Assembly: GCA_032718475.1 (NCBI GenBank)
Contig: JAUCBJ010000579.1
Coordinates: 1 to 64,000 of the forward strand
Source: Nemertoderma westbladi
Lineage: Eukaryota; Animalia; Xenacoelomorpha
Direction of reading: 5' to 3'
Length of the DNA: 64,000 nucleotides
Every line of letters begins with the position of its first letter. Position 1 is the stretch's first letter. The translations under genes and the position numbers were made by a program. The notes beneath the pieces were generated by a model, which did no database searches, had not been told where the DNA came from, and saw nothing but the letters and a program-made list of their open reading frames with translations. Positions 11,267 through 23,870 of this stretch are shown one piece after another.

Positions 11267-12024
11267 CCTAACTGCCTAACAACAGAACAACGATGCAATA
11301 GACTGATAGAAGAATGGTTGATAGCATCAGCCCAGTCTGCCAGTACTGCAGTAGATCTGTAGATGTAGAGGTATACTAATACCATGAATACTACTGCTGT
11401 ACTGTACTAGCTGACTAGGCTAGTGACAGGCAGACAGGCTACAGGGCTAGACAGAGTTAGTAGGTAGTACAGTATGCAGTACTGTAGGTACTAGTGCAGT
11501 AGTGTACTGACTGCCTGGCACCTGGCACCTGGTAGGCCAGTCAGCCAGTACTGAGTACAGCAGTAGGCAGTGTAACTGTACTATGCTGCCCCGGCCGACC
11601 AAATTATTAAGCGCGCCGCAGATTGAAATAATTAAATTTTGAAGAGCGCTGCTCAGCCACGCCAATTGCCAATGCAATTTCAACTTTGAAGGAGTGTAAC
11701 CAACCAGTCTGCAAATTTCAGTCAGCCAGTAGTACTGCTGTAGCTGCAGAACTGTCAGACTGTACAGCAGTACTGCAGTAACCATATAACCATGCAACAG
11801 AAAAAAAGAAAGGCGAACGACTGAGCGAAGTGAGCCGAAATTTATAATCAGCTAATACTGTAATAATAATGTAATGTAATTTTTAAGGCAATTCCGTAAT
11901 TGTTAAACCATTAAATCGGCGCCGGTTTTATTTTTGGGAGCGCCATGCGCCAAAACCGGCGCGCTTTACGATTTACTGGTATTGGACTGCTACTGCGGTA
12001 GGCTGGCAGGCATACCGCGGTAAA

Positions 12025-12340
12025 ACGAACTTAGATCCTGCAAGGCCTGACTTTGATGAACTTAGATCTTTCCGAACTTAGGTCCTATGTATGCGAACGT
12101 AGATCCTATCTGGGTGAACTTAGATCCTACCTAGGTGAACTTAGATCCCACCTAGGTGAACTTAGATCCTAACTAGATGAACTTAGATCCCAGTTTATGC
12201 TATTAAAAGCTTTTGGTAATCATCAAGCTAATCGCGAAGCGAAATTAGATCCCACGTTAAAGCAAAGCGAACTTAGTTAGATCTTAGGTGAACTTAGATC
12301 CCAATTTATACAAATAGAGAAGAAGCGAACTTAGATCCCA
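12025..12340. repeat. Degenerate ~21-bp tandem repeat with core GAACTTAGATCC
   Basis: About a dozen copies of (GT)GAACTTAGATCC, mostly ~21 bp apart in 12025-12192 and more loosely spaced afterwards. Confidence 0.8.
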
Positions 12341-12539
12341 TGTGTACTGTACGCTTAAAGTACAGTAGTTGCGTTCCCGACTTACTCACCAACCAACTAC
12401 AATTTGCCAATTTATAGCTAAATTCGTTGCAATGTATTATTGTGGCTAAGTTCGCTTCCCTTGAAGCGCGTGATAATATTTACAGTAAGGTCTGCGGCTA
12501 GCCTATGGGAATGACATTTCACTTATAAGCTGATTTGTT

Positions 12540-13116
12540 AACTAGTCTGGGACTTCGAGTAGCACGTGAACAACTATGCTGACTGGTTAACTGGTCTAGG
12601 ACTTCGAGCAGCACGTGAACAAATAAACTGGCTGGTTACCTAGTCTGGGACTTCGAGCAGCAGGTGAACAACTAAACCAGCACTTTAACTAGTCTGGGGC
12701 TTCGAGCAGCACGTGAACAACTAAACTGACTGGTTAACTAGTCTGGGACTTCCAGTAGCACGTGAACAACTAAGCTGACTGGTTAACAAGTCTGGGACTT
12801 CGAGCAGCACTTGAACAACTAAGCTGACTGGTTAACAAGTCTGGGACTTCGAGAAAAATTGCAAATTGAGGAGGGGGGCGATGTACCAGACTAGTTAACC
12901 AGACATGTACACTAGTTAACCAGTCAGCTTAGTTGTTCACGTGCTACTCGAAGTCCCAGACTAGTTGACCACTCAGCTTAGTTGTTCACGTGCTGTTCGA
13001 ATTCCCAGACTTGTTAACCAGTCAGCTTAATTGTTCACGTGCTACTCGAAGTCCCAGACTAGTTGACCACTCCGCTTAGTTTTTTACGTGCCGCTCGAAG
13101 CCCCAGACTAGTTAAC
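12540..13116. repeat. 49-bp tandem repeat arranged as two inverted blocks (foldback structure)
   Basis: Unit TAGTCTGGGACTTCGAGCAGCACGTGAACAACTAAGCTGACTGGTTAAC occurs ~6 times forward (12543-12852) and ~4 times reversed (12890-13116), around a ~35-bp spacer. Confidence 0.85.
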
Positions 13117-13408
13117 CTTCTATCTCCCAGTGTTCCCAATTGGGAGCATTTTTATAAATTCAAGTGGAGGAAATTTAATATAGGCTTATATTACTTTTTT
13201 TAATGTTAATATGTTTAGGAAAAGTGGAATATTGTTTTTTATTTTCAACTTCAAGTGTTTTCAAACTTCAAGTTGGTCTTTTGGCAGGCCAATTTTGCCA
13301 TTCTCATTTTTTTCGATTTTTGGGACATGCAAACAATAGTGGTCAAAAACGTTACAAATTTGATATTCCAAACCAGTGGCGACATTAAAATTAGACTTTT
13401 AAATAATA

Positions 13409-14140
13409 CAGTCCCAATCCCAATAAGCATTAACTTGGTCATTTTGGCGGCCAAAATGACCGAAATGGCCAAATATAAATTGCGGCATTCATGAAAGGAA
13501 CTTCTGAGGCAAGTTGGCTTGTCAATCACAGCCAGTGAATAGAGGCTGAGTGTAAGTAAAGCCCAATATGTTGGCAGATAGAAAAAGGCTTCACCGGACA
13601 TTCCCTCTCCAACCCCCCACCCGGACAGTTCCGTTCCGTTCGAGTAGGACACGTTTATTTTTCATCTTGTAAGGTAAACGGACCGCTTGTATCCAGACAA
13701 GTTTTACAGTATCCAATATCCCTTTATATTTTGCATCCCGATTTTACATTTTGTATCCAATTTTTATTTATGAATTTCATCAATTCAATTGCACTGTATT
13801 GTTCGTTAATCTTTAAACAATTATGTAATTACTGTAGATATACTGTTTTGTTTACTAGAGTTATAATAATTAATAGTTTTAATTATGAGCATTATTATAT
13901 AATTGTTTTCTTCAAATTGATGCAGATGGAGTTGACTATTATTGATGCAATCAAAATTTATACCTCTCCAGGGGAAAATCGACATGCGTCGACCTGTATT
14001 CTGTGTTCAGCATTAATGCATGTTAAATCGCTTCGCCAAAACGACCAAGTAGCCCACAGGAATACACTACATTTTTTTGGCGATTTTAGTCATTTTTGCC
14101 GCCAAAACGACCAAGTTAATGCTTATTGGGATTGGGAATG
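13409..14140. mobile_element. Tc1/mariner-type MITE
   Basis: TA|CAGTCCCAATCCCAATAAGCATTAACTTGGTC... and ...GACCAAGTTAATGCTTATTGGGATTGGGAATG|TA: ~60-bp imperfect TIR with TA TSD. Confidence 0.8.
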
Positions 14141-14621
14141 TATGACATTATTATTTGAAAAAAAAAATTCAGAAAAACGACCATCTTGTGCCAAATTACT
14201 CCCTTTAAGGGGGGGGGGGGGGGGGGTACACCATTTTCGAACAACTCTTCGATTTATCACTCTTAGCGTTTCAAAATTGTTTGGTTTCGGCTAAAATTTT
14301 GAATACTGTATAGGTGCCTAAGATGCTATTCTACATGCCAGGTCAGAAAAAAAATTTTTTTCGCTATTTAATATTAGTTAATACTAGTTAACAATAAAAA
14401 AAACTTGGTTGCGCTTAAAACCTTAAGGCTATTACAGTTTTGAATCTAATCACATGAAAGTTTTTTTATATGATATATCAAAGATGGGGCAACATAACTA
14501 TCAGACGAAATTTTGTGAAAATAATTCTGCACCGCAGAATTATTTACGTTACGGTAATACGCAAATTATTTTTTTCGGAATTTAGAAACGTAACGTAATT
14601 TTGAAATTATTCCGAAATGTA

Positions 14622-15315
14622 CAGTACAGGCCACCAGAAAAAGCAGATTTCATCCAATGTGATCACATGTGAACACATTTGTTCAAGTCATCTGATTGGC
14701 AGGTTATGGCGAGTTATCTTCTAGATCACACAGCAGGATGCTAACTTGCTGGGACCGACAAAGAATTTGTGTGCGGTGCGCCTGTACTGTATGTCTGATA
14801 TCAGGTAGATGAGAGAGCCTCCAGGGCGTAACATTGCGGACATGGGCTGTATTGGTAGAGAGAGAACTACATACAAGACCACATGGAGGTTCATGGAGTG
14901 TATGGGTATGTGGATGGGAGGAGCCTAGACCATTGAATAATTAATTTAGTGCAGGGAGATGTTGCGCCATTAGTCTGACACCGAGAGGGCACAGAGAAAC
15001 ACCAGAAGATGCCTTAACATCAATAACTCTATAGGCCTGCCTACTAGATACTATTAACCGCACACTATAAAGGTAAACAAAATCCTTATCCCATTTCCAG
15101 CTGCAGTGAGTGACAGTTCGCGGCAAACTACAGAGTTTCCAGATTACTAAGCGTTTCAAAAGTATTCAATTGTATCCTTTGGCGAAAAAATTTTGGTTGT
15201 TGCCAATTCAATTATGTTCAATTGTCCCGTTTAACAACATTACATTACACTGGTACACATTTGATAAAATGTGTTCACAATTGTACAAATCTGCGTTTTC
15301 TGGTGGCCTGTACTG
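14622..15315. mobile_element. Tc1/mariner-type MITE
   Basis: TA|CAGTACAGGCCACCAGAAAAAGCAGATTT and AAATCTGCGTTTTCTGGTGGCCTGTACTG|TA: ~29-bp TIR with TA TSD. Confidence 0.85.
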
Positions 15316-15429
15316 TAATAGCGTAACGTAAAAAGTTCAGTTTTTCAAACGTAACGTAACGTAACGTACAGTATAACATCCTTGATCAGTTGTTTAAAAC
15401 AAGTGTGACGGTACTGTATGAAGGTTAAA

Positions 15430-15650
15430 AGAACAGATTACAGAGGCAGGCTTTTCTAACCAAAACAAATAACAGAAGCAGGCTTTTCCAAAACAATAAA
15501 CGGTCACTTTATCAAAAGAGGGAAAGGAACAGGTTGCAGAGGCGGGATTTTCTAACCCGTCCAAAACAATATACGATCACTTAATTAATTAAAAGAAAAG
15601 ATAAGGTTACAGGCGGGCTTTTCTAACCAAAACAATAAGCGATTATTTAA
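15430..15650 (+). repeat. Dispersed ~60-bp repeat family (GGAAAGGAGCAGGTTACAG...TTTTCTAACCAAAACAATAAAC), tandem cluster
   Basis: Related units at ~8940 (+), ~20915-20965 (+), 27320-27652 (-, ~5-6 tandem units), 36122-36195 (+) and 41378-41452 (-). Confidence 0.7.
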
Positions 15651-16076
15651 CAATTTAGGAAATGGATTATTTTACGGCGGCATGATTTTATGTATATTTG
15701 TAAATATCCTTTATTGGGACAACCTCTTTCATCCGGTCTTTTTGGCTAAATACGGCCCGATGGGACTATCCAAGTTGGAATGGGTAGTTTTTTCTACCAC
15801 ATACTGTAGGAGTTTGTGGACTGATCTGTTCTGTTGGAACTAGTGGTGCGGCTATCCGTAATACTGTAGTACACAGACAGTAGATACATTATAAACTAAT
15901 AAATGTGAAAGGTACAGTAAAGCCTGTTTGGCCTATTAATTATTTGAAATATATTTCGATAACTATTTAAAAGGTAGGCTGCAGTATCGGTACTGAAGTT
16001 AGTTAATTAATTACCATCATTCTGTCATCACAAGATCAGTACCTAATGTAGTATAATACAGTATTATTCTTTTTAA

Positions 16077-16900
16077 GGGGGACTCCCCCCCCCCCCCCCC
16101 CCCCCCATGAACACTTTTTTAAAATGTTTACAATTTCTACTGAAATTAAAATATTTTGATTTTATACAGTATGGGATGTTCAAATATGGCTAAACATTTG
16201 TTTTTTCGAAAAATTTTCAAATTTCAAGTCGCCCTCTAGCGGCCATTGAATGAAACAATATTTGCGGTTAAAATGCTACTAGTCATTCAATTTTAGGTGA
16301 AATTAAAACTTTTATTTAGCCATTTCTTAAAATTAATTAATATTTGGCAAAATTTATTTTTTTTATTTAAATTAATTTTTATTATTTTATTTTGGCTTTA
16401 ATCTGAAAAATTGGCTGTAAAAACAGAAATATAAACAAATAACTTTTAAAGAACAGCCGAATCCCTTTCGAATGAGCCAATAATAAAGAAAATTGGTTAA
16501 AAAATGGCGGAGGGGTAGTAATTTTAAAAATGAAAAAATGTCATTCCAAGATAATTATGACTTCAAAGTTTTGGTCTGGTTGGTTAATCATTTCTGGCAT
16601 GATAGAAGCGCATCACCGGTGTAAAACTGTCATTATGAGGGTTTTCGGGGTCGCTGATTTCATTTCAGAAGTCAGTTTTAACTTTTGGTGGAATCTACTC
16701 TGCCTGTCTGTTTTGCCGGTCTGTTTTACAATTTGACAGACAGACCATCATACAGAAAAACAGCGATAACTCGAGAAATAAAAGAGGTTTTAGCTAAGCG
16801 GTTTTCAGATTTGAAAACCTCATTAAATTCTGAAATAGATTAAATAAAAAAACACGATTTAAAATTATGACATGGGGGGGGGGGGGGGGGGTACTCCCCC
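16077..16900. mobile_element. Non-autonomous Kolobok-like DNA transposon
   Basis: TTAA|GGGGGACTC(C)nATG ... CAT(G)nTACTCCCCC|TTAA: TTAA TSD with GG...CC termini. Internal sequence 16620-16790 resembles 6860-7030 in reverse. Confidence 0.7.
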
Positions 16901-17519
16901 TTAAGGAATAGTAGGCTTTATACATACTGTACAATACAGCAATACTGCAAAGTACTGCTGTATACTGATACAGGTACAATACTGGTTGCCTATGAGAACA
17001 GCAGTATAGCTGTATAGATACAGGTAGCGTGAAACCTAATCGTAAATTTCCGGAGGAAATAAAACAGTAAAAAGTCAAAATCAGAGTACACAATGAGTGA
17101 TTTAAACGAACAAGAAAAATTATTGTGTATTTTTAGTACCGGTAACGATTTATAAAATACACAGCGCGGGAAATTCAAAGTTACAGTAGTTTAAGCTGGT
17201 GTCAGGGTGTCAGCTGTCAGCATCTTCCAATAGGCGGATTATAGTTATAGAAGCAATACATAACTTCAGTACCGGTACTTCCATCTGTGTAGCATGGCGG
17301 CAGCCATTAAATGAATTCAAGAATACCTAGATCAGAGGGGGTGTCATGCTGTCATATTTAAAGCCCCTTTAAGTGCCTCGAGCCTGGGCGGCGATCTCCC
17401 TCGAAAAATTGTCGATTACCTATATTTAGTATTTATTAATTCTACTGTATTGGTTATACTATATATATTTTAATGTATGTTACAGTGTTATCGTGTATTA
17501 AATAAATAAATAAATAAAT

Positions 17520-18432
17520 ATGGATACTGATGGAGGGTCTGACTCTTCCATGGCGACGAAAGTAGGTCGCGATCCCCTTATCCCTCACATCCAATGCCAA
17601 TCATGTACTCCATCTATATCAATGTTAACGAAACACTTCCTTTCTATGAGGCCGTTGTCGGTAATATTTAAAGACGTCATCAATATCCATAGCAACAGCG
17701 ACGCATCGGCCCAGGACACTATACTGAAACTAACGGTGGACCACCCAATAGCGAAGGAATTCCCACCCTCGAGAACTTATCTTATAAACTTCCTCAAGTT
17801 TCTCATTAATAATGTTACCGAAGTTAGCGACATGGTGTATGAAAGATTCTCTCCGCTTATGGCTCAACCCGATTCGCAGACCAACTGCTTCCGGAATTAC
17901 GTTTTACCCTGCGACTGCTGCGTGACTATTCGCGAGAACGTTGTCACCCTATCTGGGGGAACTATCGGTTTGGTTAGCTGGCCAGCGGGTTTCTCGCTGA
18001 CGGAATGGTTGAGTGCACGACTCCATCTAACGGACGGTAAACGAATCCTAGAGTTGGGATGCGGCGCGGGTTTGTCCGTATAATTACGTGTATGACGTCA
18101 CTTCCTGCGGGGTACACGTTTACGGACGCGAGCGTAAACGTTCTGGACAATTTACGCGAGAATATTCGCATTAACTGCCTCAACTCAAAGTCTTCTCATT
18201 GCAAACAGAATCATCAGCTTCAAAAGGACATTAGAGTGCAGCCCCTTGATTGGAGTTTGTCTAATTGCGATCAAGCGGTTGACAGAGATGTATACGATAT
18301 TATTGTCGCCGCTTATGTGACCTTTGACCCCGAGAGTCTACCAGGTTTAGTTAACCTACTCCATCATCTTTTATCCACCAGCAACTCAGCCAATCCATCT
18401 TGCTGCGCTTATTTTTCTTGCACTATTAGAAA
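17520..18432 (+). pseudogene. EEF2KMT: Intronless, frameshifted copy of eEF2 lysine methyltransferase (EEF2KMT/FAM86A, METTL21-like family)
   Basis: FAM86-like N-terminus 'ILKLTVDHPIAKEFPPSRTYLINFLKFLI', then 'GTIGLVSWPAG', motif I 'RILELGCGAGL', 'YTFTD..NVLDNLRENIRIN', 'LDW' and 'DIIVAAYVTFDP' (expected AAD). Frameshift at ~18078 (GLSV* instead of GLSGII). Homology ends at TIRN. Confidence 0.85.
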
Positions 18433-19855
18433 TTGGTACGACGTGAGTACCACGCCAGTGACTGGATCAAAGCAAAGCAAAGAAGAAACAGAGGAAATTT
18501 TATATGGCAGTAATTAAATTCCCGTGCAAAACCTGCCGCACTGATGTTAAAACCAATCATAAAGCACTGTGTTGTGATTTATGCAATAAATGGATACACT
18601 TTAAAGGTATTGCTGTAAACCTCTCCCTTTCTGATTAGACACTTTCTCAAAATTCAACTCTACCATGGTTTTGCGCTGATTGTATTGGTTTGGAGTTACC
18701 GTTTATAAATATTCTAGACGATGACGAATTTAAATGTATTATATTAGACTACTGAATTCCTGATACTATTGATATATCAGCTCTAGATAGTGTTTTATCT
18801 CAGCCTTATAATATCAGTAAATGCGACGACCACGAATTTAATTATAATATTAACGCCGATGCCCACCTCCTTGCTGATTATACGGACATGCGCAACAAAT
18901 GTACCTATAATTTCCAATCAGATTTTAACCGTAAATTTGAAAACTAATAATGTAGATTTATCACTAATCCATTTCAACGCCCGCAGCCTTCCTGCTAATT
19001 TTGATTCTATTTCCCAATGTAGGCCCTATTAATTAACCAAATGGCAATACCGTTTGATATTATAGGTATTTCTGAAACATGGCTTTACGATGACAAATAT
19101 GTTGTTGAAACATTCCATTTCGGTTCTTTCAAACTATTATAAAATTGTCGTAAAACTAAGGAAGGGGGTGGCGTCGGGCTATATATAGGCCTACATTACT
19201 CTGTGGCTGTTAAACCCAGAGATTATATATCACTTAAAAATAGTAATAACCAAGTTGAAACACTTTTTGTTGAACTTCCTCGCGAAAACAAAAATATAAT
19301 TGTTGGTGTAATATATAGGCCACCAAACCAATGCATCCAAGAAAATATTATTGCTCTAAATAACATACTACAAAAAATAACAGACGAAGGGAAAGTTTGC
19401 TACATCATGGGGGACTTTAATTTTGACCTACTTAAAGTTAATAACCATTCTCAAACTGCTGACTCTTTTAACCTATTAACAACCCATAATTATCACCCTA
19501 CAATCTCCAAACCAACCCGTATCACTGAAACCTCTGCAACTCTCATAGATAATATTTTCCTAAATCAAACTTCATCCTCTATAGAATCTGGTATATTAAT
19601 TATTCCTATATCCAACTACCTGCCAATATATGATCAGCACTAGTCCTGTTGTTATATTATACTTATTGTTATATTAGAAATTAGTTTCAATGTTCCTTAA
19701 ATCAGAATCAAGGCCAAAGACCTCCATTGACGTAGCAGCGCGATGGCTGCCGTTGCATTGCATTTGCTTATACAGTAATTGTGTAAATTCGACAAGCTTC
19801 CTTCCTGCCCCTGTCTCTAATTATACTAATAAATGTAAATAAAGAAATAAATAAA
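18433..19855 (+). mobile_element. Decayed CR1/L2-group LINE fragment: PHD finger plus APE endonuclease, no RT, with a 3' UTR-like AAAT tail
   Basis: ATG ~18504 gives MAVIKFPCKTCRTDVKTNHKALCCDLCNKWIH...WFCADC (PHD). APE motifs follow: 'HFNARSL', 'IGISETWL', 'GGGVGLYI', 'VGVIYRPPN', 'IMGDFN', 'PTRITETSATLIDNIF'. Multiple stops and frameshifts. (AAAT)n-like end at ~19855. Confidence 0.8.
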
Positions 19856-20249
19856 TCCAAGCGCCAGCGCCAGCGCACCCCCTAAAATACCTTCTAAAAA
19901 TGTACGTAATTTAATTTTAATACTCTGATAAGGTAATTTTATTGAAATCCTAATTTGTTTTAAAGTAAACATGTTATGTACATCACTAGTTACGTATTTT
20001 TTAATTCAGTTTAACGTATTGTAATTATAATTTTTTAAATATTAAATATCAAATTGGGTTAGTAATACTTATTAAATTATGCTCATTCATTTTTAATTAA
20101 TGGAGGGTTTTAACCACCCGGCCGACAAACCACACTTTTGCTCACAGGTCGTTGTAAGACAAGGCATCAATATAACCCCAATGATCCCATACCCTCTCTT
20201 GTTGTGGAATATTACTATATCATTGTACAAGCTACGGACCTGCACCCCC

Positions 20250-20440
20250 CACCCCCCCCCCCCCCCCCCCCACCCATTATAATGCGTTGGTTGTGGCCTT
20301 CCACCCAACCCATTGCGTAACTCAAATTAAACTCCACACAGCACAGCCCATACCTGCCATTGCTTTCATTACGCCACATCGCCAAGTGGAGATTCAATTG
20401 TGTCTGTTTATTTTCTGATAATCGCTGTGAATTATTATAA
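20250..20440 (+). repeat. Dispersed repeat beginning with a poly-C tract; second copy at 21600-21785
   Basis: Shared CCATTATAATG...CCACCCAAC..ATTGCGTAACTC..ATTAAACTCCACACAGC...CCAAGTGGAGATTCAATTG...TTTTCTGATAATCGCTGT. Confidence 0.8.
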
Positions 20441-21939
20441 TCATTAGATTGACAACACAGTGTTGTGGTAGTGTACCAGTACCAGACTGAGTCTTGTATA
20501 ATAGGCCCCACTAACAACTCAGGGCTACGTTCTGAAATATAGCCTCTGGAATATTATTAAATTATTTTAATTAGAAATTATTCACTAGAAAGCCAGTCTG
20601 TCAATTTAATCGTCCAGTATCAATTCCCGCGGGCTAATAAAACTTATTTTTGGGCTAAGGATGCTCTGCCCACTGGCTAAGAAAGCTTGCGGGTAAACGA
20701 TTCCCATTTTGCGGGCCTAGAATTCCCGCGGGCTAAGTCACCCAACCGAACATACAGTTGACTGTAACTGCTTCACTCGCATCTCTGTAACCACAACCCA
20801 AATGCTGTGATTCACAGTATGCGATTTCACCGTGCTGTCACCGCAAGTGTATCTGAGAACAGGCCCGTTACTGGTACAGCTACAATTAGTTTCAAAAAAT
20901 TAATGTAAAACATCGAAAGGAGCAGGTTAAAGGGGTGGTGTTTTCTAACCAAAACAATAAACCAAAGTAGATTTCATATGGGATCGATTTGCGCTGGAGA
21001 ACTTTTTTATTTGCGACCAGCTTGCGCCACTATTTGCGAGATAAGGTAGAAATTTTAATTAATATCGAGACAAATACAACGTCTGTTTAATTGTTTTTGG
21101 GCAAACAGAAAAGTCCTCCATGTTGAAATTTTAGTAAGAAAGTTCAGTGTAATAAATTTGTTTAGTACACATTACTACCTGCATAGTTCTTTTGTGACCA
21201 GGCCAGCTCAGTGCCAGGGGGCCAATCTCGTTGGTTCGCGGCCTCCTGTGTGTATGGGTTAGTTGGCTGTCTAATTTCTTGGCAAGCCTTTAGTAAATTT
21301 CGAAATTTCGGGGAATTCCATTCCACAGCAGATAATTGGTTTTACATGCTGGGGCGGCATAAGCTAAGAGCCATGGATATTATCATATTACCCCCCCCCC
21401 CCCCCCCCCCAAGGATCTAGCCTTTGGCCAGCCAGGTTACAATGCAAAGCTTTCTGTTTAGAAAAATGCTTTTGTTTCAGAAAATTTGGTATGTGCATCT
21501 TTAATACGCATATATATATTTTTTTTTTCTCATTTCAACTGGAAAGGATTTTTCAGTATGCTTTCACAGTCATGGCCTCCCCCTCGGTACGCTAGTTGCC
21601 CCCCCCCCCCCACCCCCCCCCCCCCATTATAATGTATTGTAGCCATCCACCCAACACATTGCGTAACTCCGAATTAAACTCCACACAGCCCATACCCGCC
21701 CTTGCTTTCATTACCACCACACCACCAAGTGGAGATTCAATTGCGGCTGTTATTTTCTGATAATCGCTGTAAATTATTATAACCTAGGCGGTCCGGTTTA
21801 AATAACGGCTATAGCTTACAAACCTATGGTATGATATGGAAGTGGTGTCCTGTGTGCTCTGCAGACAACCCACAGAGCAATGGAGCATTACACACACACA
21901 CAGAAAGAGAGAGAGAGAGAGAGTGAGGTGTTTGTAGAT

Positions 21940-23170
21940 TTTATTAATAATGCAATGTCGTTGAGTTAGCACTTTATAAATTCTGTGGTCGCAAAATATT
22001 CAATTCAAACAACCTATCCAATATTTTGTAAATCAGACAACATAAAGTCAGGCAATGCTTTTTTTTTATTAACAACAAAATGTCTGGAGTTAGGACTTTA
22101 TGATTTCTGCGGTCGCAAAATATTAAAATCAAACACAAAATCCAATAATGGAATCATGAAAAAATGTTATACAAAGGCCATATCTAGATCTATGATATTT
22201 CACAATGACAATGTCAATGTTCAATGGCAATGACAATGTTATTTCAATTTATTGTTTTGATTGGAATAACCAGCAATTGGCTATCCAACAGCGAAAACGG
22301 CATTTACATGGCTATGTTTGTGTTCGTGCTGTGGTCCCTTTCTGGCGCCTTTCTTCGAGTATTTTTCGTGCTAATATTTTCAAACATTTTTATGGCTCAC
22401 TAAAATTAATTTATTTGCGGTAAATAGCGGTTTTTTTTGGATGCTGATCATTATTATAGAACTAATATAATATAACATTCGCGAAAATTTGTGGTAATTT
22501 TGAATGTGCCTTTGTGCATTGGTACAAATATGATAATGAAAAATCACGACAAAATCAAATTGATTTTAAGACCATATAGGTTTAATGGGATGCTGATCAC
22601 GTATATGACACTCAAAAATATCGTATTATCTAACCAGAAGTTCAATTTTTCCCGTTTGAAATTTTTTGCTATTTGTATTTTTCGTCCCACCAGACAAGCA
22701 CCAAAAATGATACAGTAGTTTCGTTACCACGAATGATTTTTAACGAGTTGTATCGTGACCAACGACCTCGAAAACCCTTTTACCATCAAAATTGTATAAT
22801 TTTTGAGACAAAATCTAAAAAATTTATACAATGACCCCCCCCCCCCCCCCGCCCTCCCCTCCCCGGGCCAATTACGTTGTAAAATAGCCCGATGTAGATT
22901 GAGTTAAAACATTGCTTGACCATTATATATTCCGACTTATATGGTAAATTTTAGATACAGTAGGACTAGTTTGGTTGTTTTGGATATTATTTTGTGTCAT
23001 ATTAAAGTGCTAACGCGAATACATTGCATTGTTAACAAATACATATTGCTTTACTTTATATGTTGGCTGATCGATAACATATTGGATAGTGTGTTTGTTT
23101 TGAATATTTCGCGATAGCAGAATTTATAAAGTGCTAACTCGAAAACTTGCTTTTGGAAATTACATTGCTT
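21940..23170. repeat. Diverged long inverted repeat (foldback/MITE remnant)
   Basis: GAGTTAGCACTTTATAAATTCTG..CGC.AAATATTCAA..CAAACA..CTATCCAATAT (21963-22024) is matched in reverse at ~23079-23140. Confidence 0.65.
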
Positions 23171-23217
23171 GTCTCTTTATATGAGGCATATTATTTTATT
23201 TAGCACTTAATTTAGTG

Positions 23218-23491
23218 TTAAAACAATAAAATAGGACATGGGGTCTTCCCTCAGATACTACCTAGCATTTAGGGCCACTTGGGCCACTGTTAGTACTCAG
23301 GCACTAAGGCCCATCAAAAAAACAACAAAATACCAAATCGATTTTAGTGCTACATAACCCAACCCAACTACCACAAGAAAAATTACACCAAACCATACAG
23401 TAACTACAGGTTCCGGTAAGTATTGCACGAAATGTCCTATTGCTACAGTATATTGCTATATTAATGGCCATGTCCTATTTTATTGTTTTAA
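23218..23491. mobile_element. Small MITE-like element
   Basis: Perfect 24-bp inverted repeat TTAAAACAATAAAATAGGACATGG / CCATGTCCTATTTTATTGTTTTAA. TSD not clear. Confidence 0.65.
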
Positions 23492-23870
23492 TATTAATAT
23501 TGCAATCCCTCTAAAGTCGTGGTTGTCAACATCATATACTTAATTTAGTGAGCAAACACCTAAAATTTTTTCACTTTCAATGTGTTTAACTCTTTCTTAG
23601 GTAGTGGAAAGGTTATAAATAGGCTTTTATAACGATAACATTCACCTATTGAGTAATTTGAATCTGCGAACAACTCAAGAGAGATTGTAGGACTGTTTTG
23701 CTGAAATGTTATCTCCAATCGGATTAAAACCGATAAAATCGAATCGTTTATATTATAAATAATATATAATAAGGTATTTTATAAAAATGAAAAATTTGGA
23801 ATGACTTTTCTAAGATTTGAACCAGCGCAGCCTAAATGCCTTATGATTACATAAGATTGCTACAGTTATT

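Noticed and set aside
13203-14294. ORFs of 133 and 187 aa
   Set aside because: They lie in MITE and AT-rich sequence, mirror each other through the TIRs, and show no protein motifs.
14204-14428. Second Kolobok-like element starting TTAA-G(n)-TACACC
   Set aside because: Only one convincing end; no matching right TIR found.
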